From Azolla caroliniana (taxonomy: Eukaryota; Plantae; Polypodiophyta): 64,000 nucleotides of DNA. Below, one piece after another: positions 26,511-38,698 of this stretch (positions within the stretch are counted from its first letter, which is position 1; each line of letters begins with the position of its first letter). The position numbers and the translations under genes were made by a program. The notes beneath the pieces were generated by a model. It saw only the letters and a list, made by a program, of their open reading frames with translations. It ran no database searches and had not been told where the DNA came from. The stretch lies in contig JBHGNT010000031.1 in NCBI GenBank assembly GCA_043228905.1, positions 186,001 through 250,000 on the forward strand, given 5' to 3'.

Positions 26511-27339
26511 GCCTCACACACACACACACACACTCTCTGAATCTTCTTCCGTTGCATTGCAATCACTCTTGCCTCCCATTCCGTTACATGGTATCAAAGC
26601 ATGTGGTTGCCTGATTAAGCCTATTCGACTGTGTTGTGCTGCACGCCGATGATCAACAAAATTGACCCATCAACAGAGAAGAAATCACCATGAATACTCA
26701 AATGGAAAGCACTCTTCCTACTGAGAAGCTTGACAGAATGAACTTTGCATCTTGGGAATACAAGATGCATCAATACCTTGTTGGACAAGGCTCCTGGAGC
26801 TACATCGAAGGAGCGCACGAATCACAACCCAACCCAACACACGCTGACTATCCCGCTTGGGAGCAGGTTGCAAGCCGTGTGTTGTATTGCCTTGCATCAT
26901 GCGTTCATGATCATATGCTTGGATACATTCGAGAGGCAAACACGCCGAAGAAGGCATGGGAAAACCTCAAGAAGATTTTTGCAGCCAATACGGCCGCATG
27001 AAAGCTCCAACTTCGACAAGAGTTGAACAATCTTCGACAAAGGGACATGTCAATCGGCAACTACACCTTAAAAATCAAGGAGTTCTGCGATGCCCTTGGA
27101 TCAATCAATGTTAGCATTGACGATGAAGAAATGGTGCAGATATGCCTTGGTGTCTTGGCACCGCGATTTGGCGCAATAAGATCGGTCGTTCTCGCAAGAG
27201 AGAATCCTCCCTCCTTTTTTGATCTCCAATCATTGTTGCTAGTTGAAGAGAATCACGTGTGTCAAAGGAACAACGTGCATGATGGACAAATGCTATATTC
27301 GAACTTCGATGTGTTAGGAAACAGGTCCCTCCGGATGGG

Positions 27340-27600
27340 AAGTGAGAAGAACCGGATGACAAGTACCCAGCTACGGAAGACCCGGTGAGAACCGGATGAC
27401 GAGTACCCGGCAAGAGCCTGATGGTGAAGACCCGGTGAGAACCGAATGTGGAGTACCCGGCAAGAGCGGGATGGTGAAGACCTAGTGAGAACCGAATGAT
27501 GAGTACCTGGCAAGAGCCGGATGGTGAAGACCTGGTGAGAACCGGATGATGTGTGCCCGGCAAGCGCCGGATGATGCAGGCCCGGTGAGGAGCATTCATC
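27340..27600 (+). repeat. 50-bp tandem repeats in the U3 of the LTR (also at 31325-31630)
   Basis: Unit GAGAACCGGATGTGGAGTACCCGGCAAGAGCCGGATGGTGAAGACCCGGT with period 50 (31416, 31466, 31516). Confidence 0.9.
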
Positions 27601-27754
27601 GGATGAAGGGACATATTCGTAAATATGTTTTTGAGAGTCCATCGGGGCTATATTTGTAAATAGCCGAAAAGTCATATTAGTATAAATATGACTTAGGGCA
27701 AATTTTAACTAGTTCTTGTCATTCTTGTTGGCGCAAGATTCGAGCGCAATAGTG

Positions 27755-27793
<39 letters not shown>

Positions 27794-28088
27794 TCTAGAC
27801 GAAGAGCTCGTATCTCTGTTGTAACCGCCGCCTGTGGCGAAGACAGTGAACAAGAGCTTGTTGCCTCTGTGTTCATCTATTATATATTGCTACATAGTGA
27901 TAGTTAGCAGTCAATGGACTGCCATGGTTTTTCCCGTGGTTGGGTTTTCCACGTAAACATCCTGTGTACTCTTCTCTCCATTGTGTTGTGCATTCATTCC
28001 TGTTTTGTGTGCTAGATTCTAAGCTTGGTTGTGGCCGAGCATTGTTCATCAGAGCGTGTAGTTCCTGTCAAAGTGGTATTAGAGCGAA

Positions 28089-31000
28089 ATGACACAGAAA
28101 ATGGACGAATCGTTGGGAGGCATGTACAAGCTCACCGACTCCAACTATTCGGTGTGGAAGTCGAAGATGAGGGACATGCTCATGGTTAAAGATGTTTGGT
28201 TGCCGGTTCAGTTCGGGGACAAGAGACCAGACAAAATCGACGCCACGATATGGGAGGTGATGGGGAATGAAGGTACATGCCGAATCGTCGGCATAGGAGA
28301 CGTGTGGCTAGCAACACCAACCGGATGCAAGCTGTTGCTGAAGGATGTCTGACACGTTCCGGAGGTTCGTCTGAACCTGATATCAGCCGGTCGGCTAGAT
28401 GATGAAGGCTTCACGGGTAGCATCCGGAACGGTGTTATGAAGTTCAGCAAAGGGAGCCTGATTGTGGCTCGGGCCCGGAAGGTAAACACGTTGTACCTGA
28501 TGAATGCCCGGTTATGTCCGGAGGAAATGAACGTGGCATCCGACACTGCAGGTGAGCTGTGGCACAAAAGGCCGTGTCACATGAGCGAGAGGGGGATGAA
28601 GAGGCTTGCAGACGACAACCTCATTCCAGTGAAGAACGTGCACTTGGAGAAGTGCACTGATTGTTTGGCCGGTAAGAAAAACCGGACCTCCTTCCGACCA
28701 AGGCCACCGATGAGACGTAATGCACCACTAGAGTTGGTGCATACTGATGTGTGTCAAGTGGACACGAAGTCACATGCAGGATCGCAGTACTTCGCGACGT
28801 TCATAGATGACCACAGCCGGAAGCTGTGGGCCACACCGTTGAAGACAATGGATCAGGTGCTATCTGTCTTCAAAGAGCTCCACGCGAGAGTGGAAAGAGA
28901 AACCGGCCGAAAGCTGAAGGCGGTTCGAGCAGATAACGGAGGTGAATACCGAGGGTAGTTCAAGGAGTACTGTCGCTCGAAGGGAATCCGACTTGAATTT
29001 ACCGTGCCAAAGACGCCGGAACTAAACGGGCTGGCTGAGAGGATGAACTGGACCATAATGGAGAGGGTTCGGAGTATGCTGGCCCATGCAAAACTACCCA
29101 AGAAATTTTGGGTTGAGGCACTGTCGACGACGACATATATGATAAACAGATCACCCTTAGTACCCTTGGACGGAGACACACCATAGAGAGTCTGGACCGG
29201 TAAGGAAGTGTCCTACCGGTATTTGAAAGTATTCGGGTGTCTTGCATTTGTGCATGTTGCTAAGGGCCGGAGAGGAAAACTAGATCCGAAGAACTGGCCA
29301 TGCATATTCCTCGGTTACCGAGTGTGGGACCTGGTCGACAAGAAGGTATTCCGGAGTCGAGATATTATCTTCATGGAGGCCAAGACGCTCGCCGACTGGG
29401 AGTCGGAGAAGAAGATAATGAACTCTGAGTCGATCGGTAAGGATCGATTCTACGATGAGCAGACCCAACCAGCAAGAGACCGGTTAGCAATCGAGGAACC
29501 AGCCGGTTACGGTGAGGATACCAAACCGGCAGAAGAAGAAGTAGAGCAAGCTGAAACCGGAACCGGCCAAGACCCCAAATCGGATTCAGATGAAGAGCAA
29601 ATGGAGGGGCCGGTTACCGAAGCCCAAAGACGGAGATATCCTCTCAGAGAGAGAAGGCCCTCCCGGAGATTTCCGGATGTAGAGCATGTGGTGCTAACTG
29701 ATGAGGGGGAGCCAGAAAGCTTCGAAGAAGCGAAGGATGACACCCACAGTTGCAAATGGTTAAGTGCCATGCAGGATGAGATGGATTCCCTGCATGAGAA
29801 CCATACGTACGAATTGGTGGAGTTGCCGAAAGGAAAGCGGGCAATCCGAAACATGTGGGTGTACAAGTTGAAACTAGGAGATGCCGACAACCCCCCGAGA
29901 TACAAAGCCAGGATCGTGGTGAAGGGGTTCCATCAGAAGAAGGGCGTGGACTTCGACAAGATATTTGCCCCGGTAGTAAAGATGACCTCCATCCGGATGG
30001 TGCTGAGTATAGCGGTAAGCATGGATCTCGAGGTAGAGCATCTGGACGTGAATACGACATTCCTTCACGGTGACCTTGAAGAGGAGATCTACATGCAACA
30101 ACCGGAAGGATTCGTGGAGAAAGGGAAGGAGCACCTGGTATGCCGGTTGAAGAAGAACCTGTACGGATTGAAGCAGGCTCCCCGACAATGGTACCGGAAG
30201 TTCGACTCCTTCATGACCGATCAAGGGTACCACAAGACGCAGGCCGATCACTGCGTGTTTGTGAAGAAGTTCGAAGGAGGCGACTTCCTGATACTCCTTT
30301 TGTACGTGGACGACATGTTGATCGTCGGGCGGGACCAAGCCAAAATAAGGATGCTGAAGAAGGCTCTCAACTGGACCTTCTCAATGAAAGACTTGGGTCC
30401 GGCAAGACAGATGTTGGGGATGCATATCATCCAAAACCGGCCAACGAAGCAACTGTGGCTGTCACAGGAGAAATACATGACAAAGGTGCTTCATCGGTAC
30501 AACATGTTAGAAGCGAAACCGGTCGGATCGACACTCCCGGAAAACTGTAGATTATCTAGTAAGCAAAGCCCGAAGACGAAAGTAGAGAAGGCTGATATGA
30601 CGAAGGTTCCATATGCCTCTGCCGTCGGGAGCTTGATGTATGCAATGGTGTGTACCCGACCGGATATAGGATACGCAGTCGGAGTGGTGAGCCGGTTTAT
30701 GAGCAATCCCGGCAAGGAGCACTGGAACGCTGTCAAATGGATACTCGGATACCTGAAGGGCAGATCAAATATGTGTCTCCGATTTGGCTCTGGTAAACCT
30801 CAACTTGACGATTTCATCGATTCAGACATGTCAGTTGATGTGGATACCAGCCGGTCTACATCTGGATATGTAATGACATATGCAGGGGGAGCTGTGTCGT
30901 GGCAATTGAGGCTGCAGAAGACGGTTGCGTTGTCAACCACGAAGGCGGAGTACATGGCGGGTGAGGAAGCCGGCAAGGAAATAATATGGATGAAGGAATT

Positions 31001-31280
31001 CATCGGAGAGCTCGGTATTCGGCAAGATGAATATCGGCTCTATTGCGACAGTCAAAGTGCCATCCACCTTGCTAAGAATGCAGCCTACCATTCCCAGACG
31101 AAGCATATCCAACGCAGGTATCACTGGATCCAGGAGCGAGTAGAAGATCGAGAGTTCGTGCTGACGAAGATCCACACGGCTGAGAACGGGTCAGATATGC
31201 TGACCAAAGTACTGCTACCCGACAAGCTAGATGCATGTCAGAAGCGGATCGGACTAGTAAGACATCCCATGCCGAAGTGA
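28089..31280 (+). pseudogene. gag-pol: Copia gag-pol with deletion and stops; 690-aa RT-RNase H ORF at 29208-31280
   Basis: Motifs LWHKR..H, VHTDVC, ADNGGEY, YKARIVVKG, LLYVDDML and SRSTSGY. Confidence 0.93.
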
Positions 31281-32998
31281 AGGGGGAGTTTGTTAGGAAA
31301 CAGGTCCCTCCAGATGGGAAGTGAGAAGAACCGGATGACAAGTACCCGGCTACGGAAGACCTGGTGAGAACCAAATGACGAGTACCCGGCAAGAGCGGGA
31401 TGGTGAAGACCTAGTGAGAACCGAATGTGGAGTACCCGGCAAGAGCCGGATGGTGAAGACCCGGTGAGAACCGGATGTGGAGTACCCGGCAAGAGCCGGA
31501 TGGTGAAGACCCGGTGAGAACCGGATGTGGAGTACCCGGCAAGAGCCGGATGGTAAAGACCCGGTGAGAACCGAATGACGTGTGCCTGGCAAGCGTCGGA
31601 TGATGTAGGCCTGGTGAGGAGCATTCACTGGATGAAGGGACATATTCGTAAATATGTTTCTGAGAGTCCATCGGGGCTATATTTGTAAATACCCGAAAAG
31701 TCATATTAGTATAAATATGACTTAGGGCAAATTTTAACTAGTTCTTGTCATTCTTGTTGGCGCAAGATTAGAGCGCAATAGTGTACAGAGAGTGAGAGAG
31801 AGACAGAGAGAGAGAAAGAGACGAAGAGCTCGTATCTCTGTTGTAACCACCGCTTGTGGTGAAGACAGTGAACAAGAGGTTGTTGCCTCTGTGTTCATCT
31901 ATTGTATATTGTTACATAGTGATAGTTAGCAGTCAGTGGATTGCCGTGGTTTTTCCCGTGGTTGGGTTTTCCATGTAAACATCCTGTGTACTCTTCTCTC
32001 CATTGTGTTGTGCATTCATTCCCGTTTTCTGTGTTAGATTCTAAGCTTGGTTGTGGCCAAGCGTTGTTCATCAGAGCGTGTAGTTCCTGTCACGATGGAG
32101 GAAGAGGAGAGAGCCGCGGAAGGAGAGGTCGATTCGGCCAAGGACGATACAACCAAGAGCGTAACTCCCACGAATGGCAAGAGGACAGAAACAACCCCAG
32201 AGAGTTCGGCGGAAGGGGGAGTCATCACGCCGGACCAAGCAACTGTAGGAACCCAGTTGAGTGTGGGTACTACGGAAAACCCGGCTACTACGAAGAGGAG
32301 TGTCAAAAGGAGCGTGAGAAAAGCCGACAACTAACAAATTATGCGACGAACTCCGACTACAGTGACCGCGGCAGAATGTTCATAATGAAGCACGAAGTGC
32401 ACTCAATGTCCGCACTTGCGTCAACTATCGATTCCACTCCGAACAACGTATGGTTTGTCGATTCGGGAGCATCCAATCACATGACGTCCCATGAAGATTG
32501 GTTTCGGGAACTACGGAAGCCCGAACATCCCGAATATGTCAAAACAGGATATGACATGACTCACCCAATACAGCATATCGGGAACGTCCCATACGGAAAC
32601 GATGGCAAATAGACCTACCTCAATAACATGCTGCATGTCCCCACTATTACGAAAAACCTGGTCTCGATTGGCCAGATTGTCGAAAACAAGGAATGCAAGT
32701 ACGCTTCAATAACGATGGGTGCTTCATCGAAAAAGGCGATCAAGTCATAGCTCACAGCCGTCGTGAAGGCTGTATGTTCATCCTTGAATCGAGCGAGGTA
32801 AAGTCGACCATGTTTGCAAAGGGCCAGAAAGTCGAAACCGACTTGAAACTGTGGCACAAGAGAATCAACCACATCAATCTCCAAAAGCTCCAGAACATGC
32901 AATCGAAAGGAGTTGTAATTGGACTCCCGAACTTTACGGCGAAGGAGATTACAGGCGTATGCGAAGCATGTTAGTTCGAAAAGCAACATCGTCACCCA

Positions 32999-33815
32999 TG
33001 TTGAGAACTCAAGGCTCCTTTTGCACCACGCTCGGCCACAACCGAGCTTAGGATCATACACAGAAAATGGGAAAGAAAACACGACACGAAGAAGAGAAGA
33101 GTACGCGGGATGTTTACGTGGAAAGCCCCAAACTAGGGTAAAAAACCACAGCAGCCCACAGGCTGCAAACTATCACTATGTTAGAATGTACAACAGTGAG
33201 TTCACGGAGGCAACGACCTCATGCTCACGATCTTCGCCACAGGCGGCGGTTACAACAGAGGCAACGACCTCTTTCTCTCTCTCTCTCTCTCTCTGTACAT
33301 AGTTACACGCTCTCTCTCTTTCCTTGCGCCAACAAGAATGACAACAACTATTTCTAGAAGTTTGCCCTAAGTCATATTTATACTAATATGACTTTTCGTC
33401 TATTTACAAATATAGCCTCGATGGACTCTCAGAAACATATTTATGAATATGTCTCTTCATCTGGTGAGCATTCCTCACCGGGTCTGCACCATCCGGCTCT
33501 CTGTAGCCAGGTACTCCTCATCCGGTCTTCACCGGGTCTACACCATCCGGCTCTTCGTAGCCGGGTACTCCTCATCCGGTCTTCACCGGGTCTGCACCAT
33601 CCGGCTCTCCGTAGCCGGGTACTCCTCATCCGGTCTTCACCGGGTCTGCACCATCCGGTTCTCCGTAGTCGGGTACTCCTCATCCGGTTCTCACCGGGTC
33701 TGCACCATCCGGCTCTCCGTAGCCGAGTACTCGTCATCTGGTTTCGGCCTCGGCCGAGTTTGTTCATCGGCACTGTTCTTCTCCCTTCCCATCTGGAGGG
33801 ACCTGTCTCCCAACA
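32999..33815 (-). mobile_element. Solo LTR related to the 27312 copia, in reverse orientation, with 54-bp tandem repeats
   Basis: TG..CA ends and TSD ACCCA (32994-32998 and 33816-33820). Reverse-complement similarity to 27312-28070. Confidence 0.92.
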
Positions 33816-34518
33816 ACCCATTCCCTAAAGAGAGGAATGTGAGCAAAGGAAACCTGGATGTCATACATTCAGATTTGTGGGGACTAGCTCAGACACCAAC
33901 ATTCGGTGAATGCCGATACTATGTCACGTTCATTGACGACTTCTCCAGGAACACTTGGATCTATCCGATGAAGCAGAAGAGTGAAGTGTTCGGGCACTTC
34001 CAGACATTCAAAGCCGAAGTCAAGAAAACTACGGGTCGACATGTACGCTGTCTTCGATCAGATGAAGGCAAAGAATATTTTTTTGATGAATTTTCAGCAT
34101 ATCACTGAAAAGAAGGAATCCGAGGAGAGTTCTCGTGTCGACACACGCCTTAGCAAAACGGCATAGCAGAGCGTTAAAATTTCCATGTAGTAGAAGTCGC
34201 ACAAGCCATGATAAACGAGAAGAACCTGCTGAAATCATATTGTGCAAAAGCGGCAAATACAACTGTATATCTCGTGAATAGGTGCACAACCTCAGGAGTA
34301 CACGATATAACTCCGCATGAGAAATTCTTCGGAAAGAAGTCGGACTTGTCACATGTCCGCATTTTCGGTTCTATCGCCTACGTACATATTCCCGACGATA
34401 CACGACAAAAGCTTGACCCAAAGTCGGGGAAATGTATCCTCGTAGGTTACTCACTCAAACAGAAGGGGTACAAATGCTACAACCCATCTACCCGTAAGGT
34501 TCGAACAAGTCGAGACAT

Positions 34519-35758
34519 TGTCGTGAAGATTTTCGGCAATGGTGTGAAAATCGCATAAAACATACGAAATCGAGTATGAATCATATAAAAAAATAATAGC
34601 GAAGATACTAATTTAAAGTAAGTTTAATATCTTAATACAAAAACATGGAGGTCTTGAAGAGCTTTCGGATGCACTTTTCTACATAAGAAACAAACATCTA
34701 AGTGTCAACGTATGTGGGAAGGAAGTTTACAAAGACGACGAGAAAAATAAAATTGTGAGATATCCCACATAGACAGGAAATAAGGATCTCACCATATATA
34801 AGGTAGAGCAAAAGCTATTATCTTTGTGTCTATGTGTGGAGCATAGAGAGTTCAAGGTGACTTGAACTAAGCTATTGGATGAATGGGTGTGGCTTGGCTA
34901 CTTGCTAAGGTTTTGCCCAACCAAAACCGGATTGGCAACAGAACTGGGATTCGGCGACGAAACCAGATGGTATCCGGCATCCGGTGATGGAGCCGGTGAG
35001 CTGGCGGCAACCGGCAATGTAACCGGGCTTCGGCATCCAGCGACCGAACCGGGATACGGCGATCGAATAGTAACCGAGATCCGGCATCCGGGGACCGAAC
35101 GATAACCGGCATCCGACAACCGGTGATCGGCGGTTAGATGGATAAATAAATAAATAAATATTTATACATGTATACACAAGGAGGGAAAGTAAGAAATTGA
35201 ACCTTGCACCTCCAAGTTGAGAGTCAATAAGCTTACCACTAGGCTATGACATTTCCTTAGAATTTTTTTTCTTATCATTAGTTTTACATGTAAATTCTCA
35301 TATTAGAGCTTGATTGAGTGACATGTGATGCATGAGCGCCAAATGGCAAACATGCATCACATGCATTCCATGCATTGTATGCATGTCTTGTACCCACATG
35401 CATCATATGCATGGGAGCATCTATAAAAGGATGAATGAAAAAGATCAAAAGTATGCTATGTATGATTCAAGAATTTAAGAAGAAGAAAAATTTGTTCTCC
35501 ATTTGCTTATATATCTTGTCTCTCAAATCTAAAGTTAAAAGTTCGATCTTATCTCTCTCACTCTCTATCTCTCTTTCACCATATTAATCTTAATCTCTCT
35601 CAATCTAAAGTCAAGTGTTCTATCTTATCTCAATCTCTCTCCGTCAATCTACCTTAAATCCTTTCTAGCTAAAGCTAGTGCGTGCTTCGAGTCCTTCCGG
35701 TCCAGAACCCTGGCGGTTCCGCCTCAAGATCCACACATAGTGTCGGATCTTCACAACA
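34519..35758 (+). mobile_element. Solo gypsy LTR (Phygy-like)
   Basis: Inverted ends TGTCGTGAAGAT / ATCTTCACAACA and a 4-bp TSD ACAT/ACGT. The copia frame (SRDVVF) rejoins across it. Confidence 0.88.
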
Positions 35759-37781
35759 ACGTAGTCTTCTACGAATACGCATCCTAGTACGCACCAGAGA
35801 ATACTTCGACTCCAACCCCGTTCGACGCGGATGACACTGAAATAGAAATAGAAGTTGAGGATCGGCTCACACAGATGTTAGAAGATAGCCCAATTATGAC
35901 GCGACTGAGTGGGCCATCAGAGTCGCCGAGCGATGAAAGCACATCTCAATCGAGTCCGAAGCTGGATAAAGGGAAGGCAAAAATGCGGGAATATGAAGAT
36001 TAGGAAGAGACCGAGATGCTTCACTCTCTTGACAGTGAATTTGAAGATCTCGACATCCACATAGATGGAGCGAAGAAAGCCATACTCCCCACGGATCGAG
36101 AGTTATGCTGATCCACACGTGAAAAGAACCTCGTAAACCGCTACGGCTACGAAGAGTACATGGCATATCAATACGCTTTTATGATTAAAGTAGCATCAGT
36201 ACGGGAACCGGAAATAATTTCCGAAGCCGCAAAGGATCCGCGATGGGTCAACAGGATGAATGAGGAGATGGAAGCTTTATGAAAAAACGAGACATGGGAT
36301 CTCATTCCTCTCCCCCCAAACAAGAAAGCGATTGGCTACAGATGGATATACAAAGTAAAATACAATGCTGACAGATCCATAAATCGCTTCAAAGCACGGC
36401 TCGTTGCGAAAGGCTTCTCGCAAATGCATGGGATAGACTACGAAGAAACCTTTGCCCCGGTGGCAAAGATGACAACTGTATGGATAGTAATTGCACTCGC
36501 CGCAACGAAGGGATGGCACTCCACCAGATAGACGTGAAAATTTCTTTCCTCCAAGGAGAGTTAGAAGAAGAGGTGTACATGATACAATCACCCGGATTCA
36601 AATCACGTAAACATCCGCACGCCGTGTGCCGACTCAAGAAGCCACTCTACGGCCTCAAATAAGACCCGCGTGCTTGGCATTCGAAGATCACACAGTATCG
36701 TCATCAAGTCGGATTTCAGATGTCAAAATCCGATACTTCTCGGTACATCCGAAATGAGTCGGATAGCCTGATCATCATCATCCTATACATGGATGACTTG
36801 GTCATCGGAGGAAAGGTTCTCTCCAAGATCAACAAAGTCAAAACACTTCTCTCTGGTAGATTCGAAATGAAAGACCTGCACGAACTCCATTACTTCCTAG
36901 GCATTGAAGTAATTCGGACATCAGTCGGGATAATGATCTCACAATGGCACTACGTCCTAAACTTACTCTACTAGTTCGGAATGACCGAGTGCAAGCCTGT
37001 GTCTACCCCTCTCGATTGTAACCTAAAGATTGATGCCAATTCTGGAACCGCAGAGAGCGAGCCGACTCAGTATCGACAACTGATTGGTAGTTTGATCTAT
37101 CTAACCATTACGCAACCCAACCTCAGTTATTCGGTAGGCCTACTTAGCCAATTCATGCAGAATCTTTGAAACATTCATCTTGATTGTGCTAAGAGGATAG
37201 TACGACATGTCAGTACGACAATGGCTTACGACATCATGTATAAGTCAAACACAACTATTCGACTCGAAGGGTACACCGACGCAGACTGGGTTGGCTATAA
37301 AGCGAATGGACGATCCACCACCGGATTTGTCTTCTCCCTCGGCAGCGGAGCAATCTCTTGGAGCAGCAAGAAACAGCCGACAGTCGCACTGTCGAGCACG
37401 GAAGCCAAATATAGGGGCGCCGCAGTCGCCGCATGCGAAGCCGTATGGCTTAAACGAATACTAAAGGATATGGGCATTCCCATCAAGGATCCAATTCGTC
37501 TCTACTGCGACAACATGAGCAGTATCTACCTCGTGCGGAACCCCGTATTCCACGTGCGGACTAAACATATCGAAGTGCATTACCACTTCATCTGCAAGCG
37601 CCTACAAGCTGGCGAGATCGATCTACAACATACCAGTATGCACCTCCAAGTCGTTGATATATTTACGAAGGCCTTAGGAGTCGACAAGCTCGGGAAATTT
37701 GCACCGGACCTTGGTCTCATGACATCTACATTGCTGAACTTGAGGGGGAGTACAGGTACATGCGACATGGAAGCAATATGC

Positions 37782-38698
37782 TGTCGTAGTGTATTTCGTA
37801 CAATACATGAAAAACTTATAAAGTACCGATTTAATAAATATGAATAAATAGTAGAAAATATTAAAATATATATAACATGCATAGAGCAAGATTCAAACCT
37901 TGTACCTCCATGTTAATAATGTGAAACCTTACCATTACACTAGCATTTCATTAGTGTTAAAAAGTAGATGTCCCACATAGAAAGCTAAGTTCACCTAGGA
38001 TAAACTTTAGTTAAAAGAAAATGTATGCTAAAAGAAAAAAAAAAACTACGCATGCACCTCTAGCGTGTATGAACGCTATAGTTTAAAAAAAAACGCACAA
38101 GTTAGAAAAAGCATGATCACTTTAGATAAAGCATATAGTCTATCTATAGAAAAAGCATGGAGTCTATAGTTAGAGAAAACGCATGGGTTGGAAAAGACTC
38201 TCTCATCTCTATATAAGGATAAGGAGCACAATGTAATGGGGGTGAAATACTTGGAAATTGGATATATTTCCGAAAACACCAACCAATTAATATAATCGTG
38301 GGATTCACGAAAATAATATAATCTATACTTGTGGGATTCACAAGTTTCTTATATCTTTCTTTAAATCTAAATACATATTCTTATCTAAATATTGATTAAT
38401 CGAATACAATACACTCATGGGATTCATGAGTTTGCTATAACTGTTTCTTACAACATATTTATATTCTTATTAGCCTTAAAACTCTCCTCTTCCTAGTCCA
38501 AAACCCCAACGGTTCCCACCCGACTCACACAAACGATCTGGCGCCGAAAGGCATGACACAAGTGGTGAACCCAACGTGAAGAGGGGTGGTAAGGAGATGG
38601 AGAATCAACAAGAAGCGATGAATATGATGATGATGATGATTAAGCGGATGCAAGAAGAGCAACGCACAATGTCGGAGATGAAATCAGCAATAACGCGG
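37782..38698 (+). mobile_element. Truncated Phygy-like gypsy: 5' LTR, tRNA-Trp PBS and gag start (continues briefly at 44889-44910)
   Basis: LTR TGTCGT..ATGACA at 37782-38558. PBS TGGTGAACCCAACGTGAA at 38563-38580, matching plant tRNA-Trp with one mismatch. ATG at 38597 gives MENQQEAM..AITR|LVQRNEEF. Confidence 0.8.

Larger units (their letters stand above)
27312..32092 (+). mobile_element. Nested copia element (Tnt1/Tork-like pol) with internally deleted gag and protease
   Basis: LTRs at 27312-28070 and 31291-32092. TSD CGATG. PBS TGGTATTAGAGC at 28074. PPT at about 31279-31288. Confidence 0.95.
26261..37750 (+). mobile_element. Copia family A element hosting three nested insertions; its 3' LTR survives as fragments at 44910-45024 and 51455-51495
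   Basis: 5' LTR 26261-26588 and PBS TGGTATCAAAGC at 26589. Gag MNTQMESTLPTEKLDR.. is followed by INT, RT and RH fragments up to 37750. Reading frames rejoin across each insertion. Confidence 0.9.

Noticed and set aside
27340-33830. Repetitive ORFs (e.g. SPGLHHPALRSRVLLIRS) and CRISPR-like repeats
   Set aside because: They are by-products of the 50- and 54-bp LTR tandem repeats.
38539-38550. TGGCGCCG as a tRNA-Lys/Asp PBS
   Set aside because: A better LTR end (ATGACA, 38558) and a longer tRNA-Trp match follow immediately downstream.
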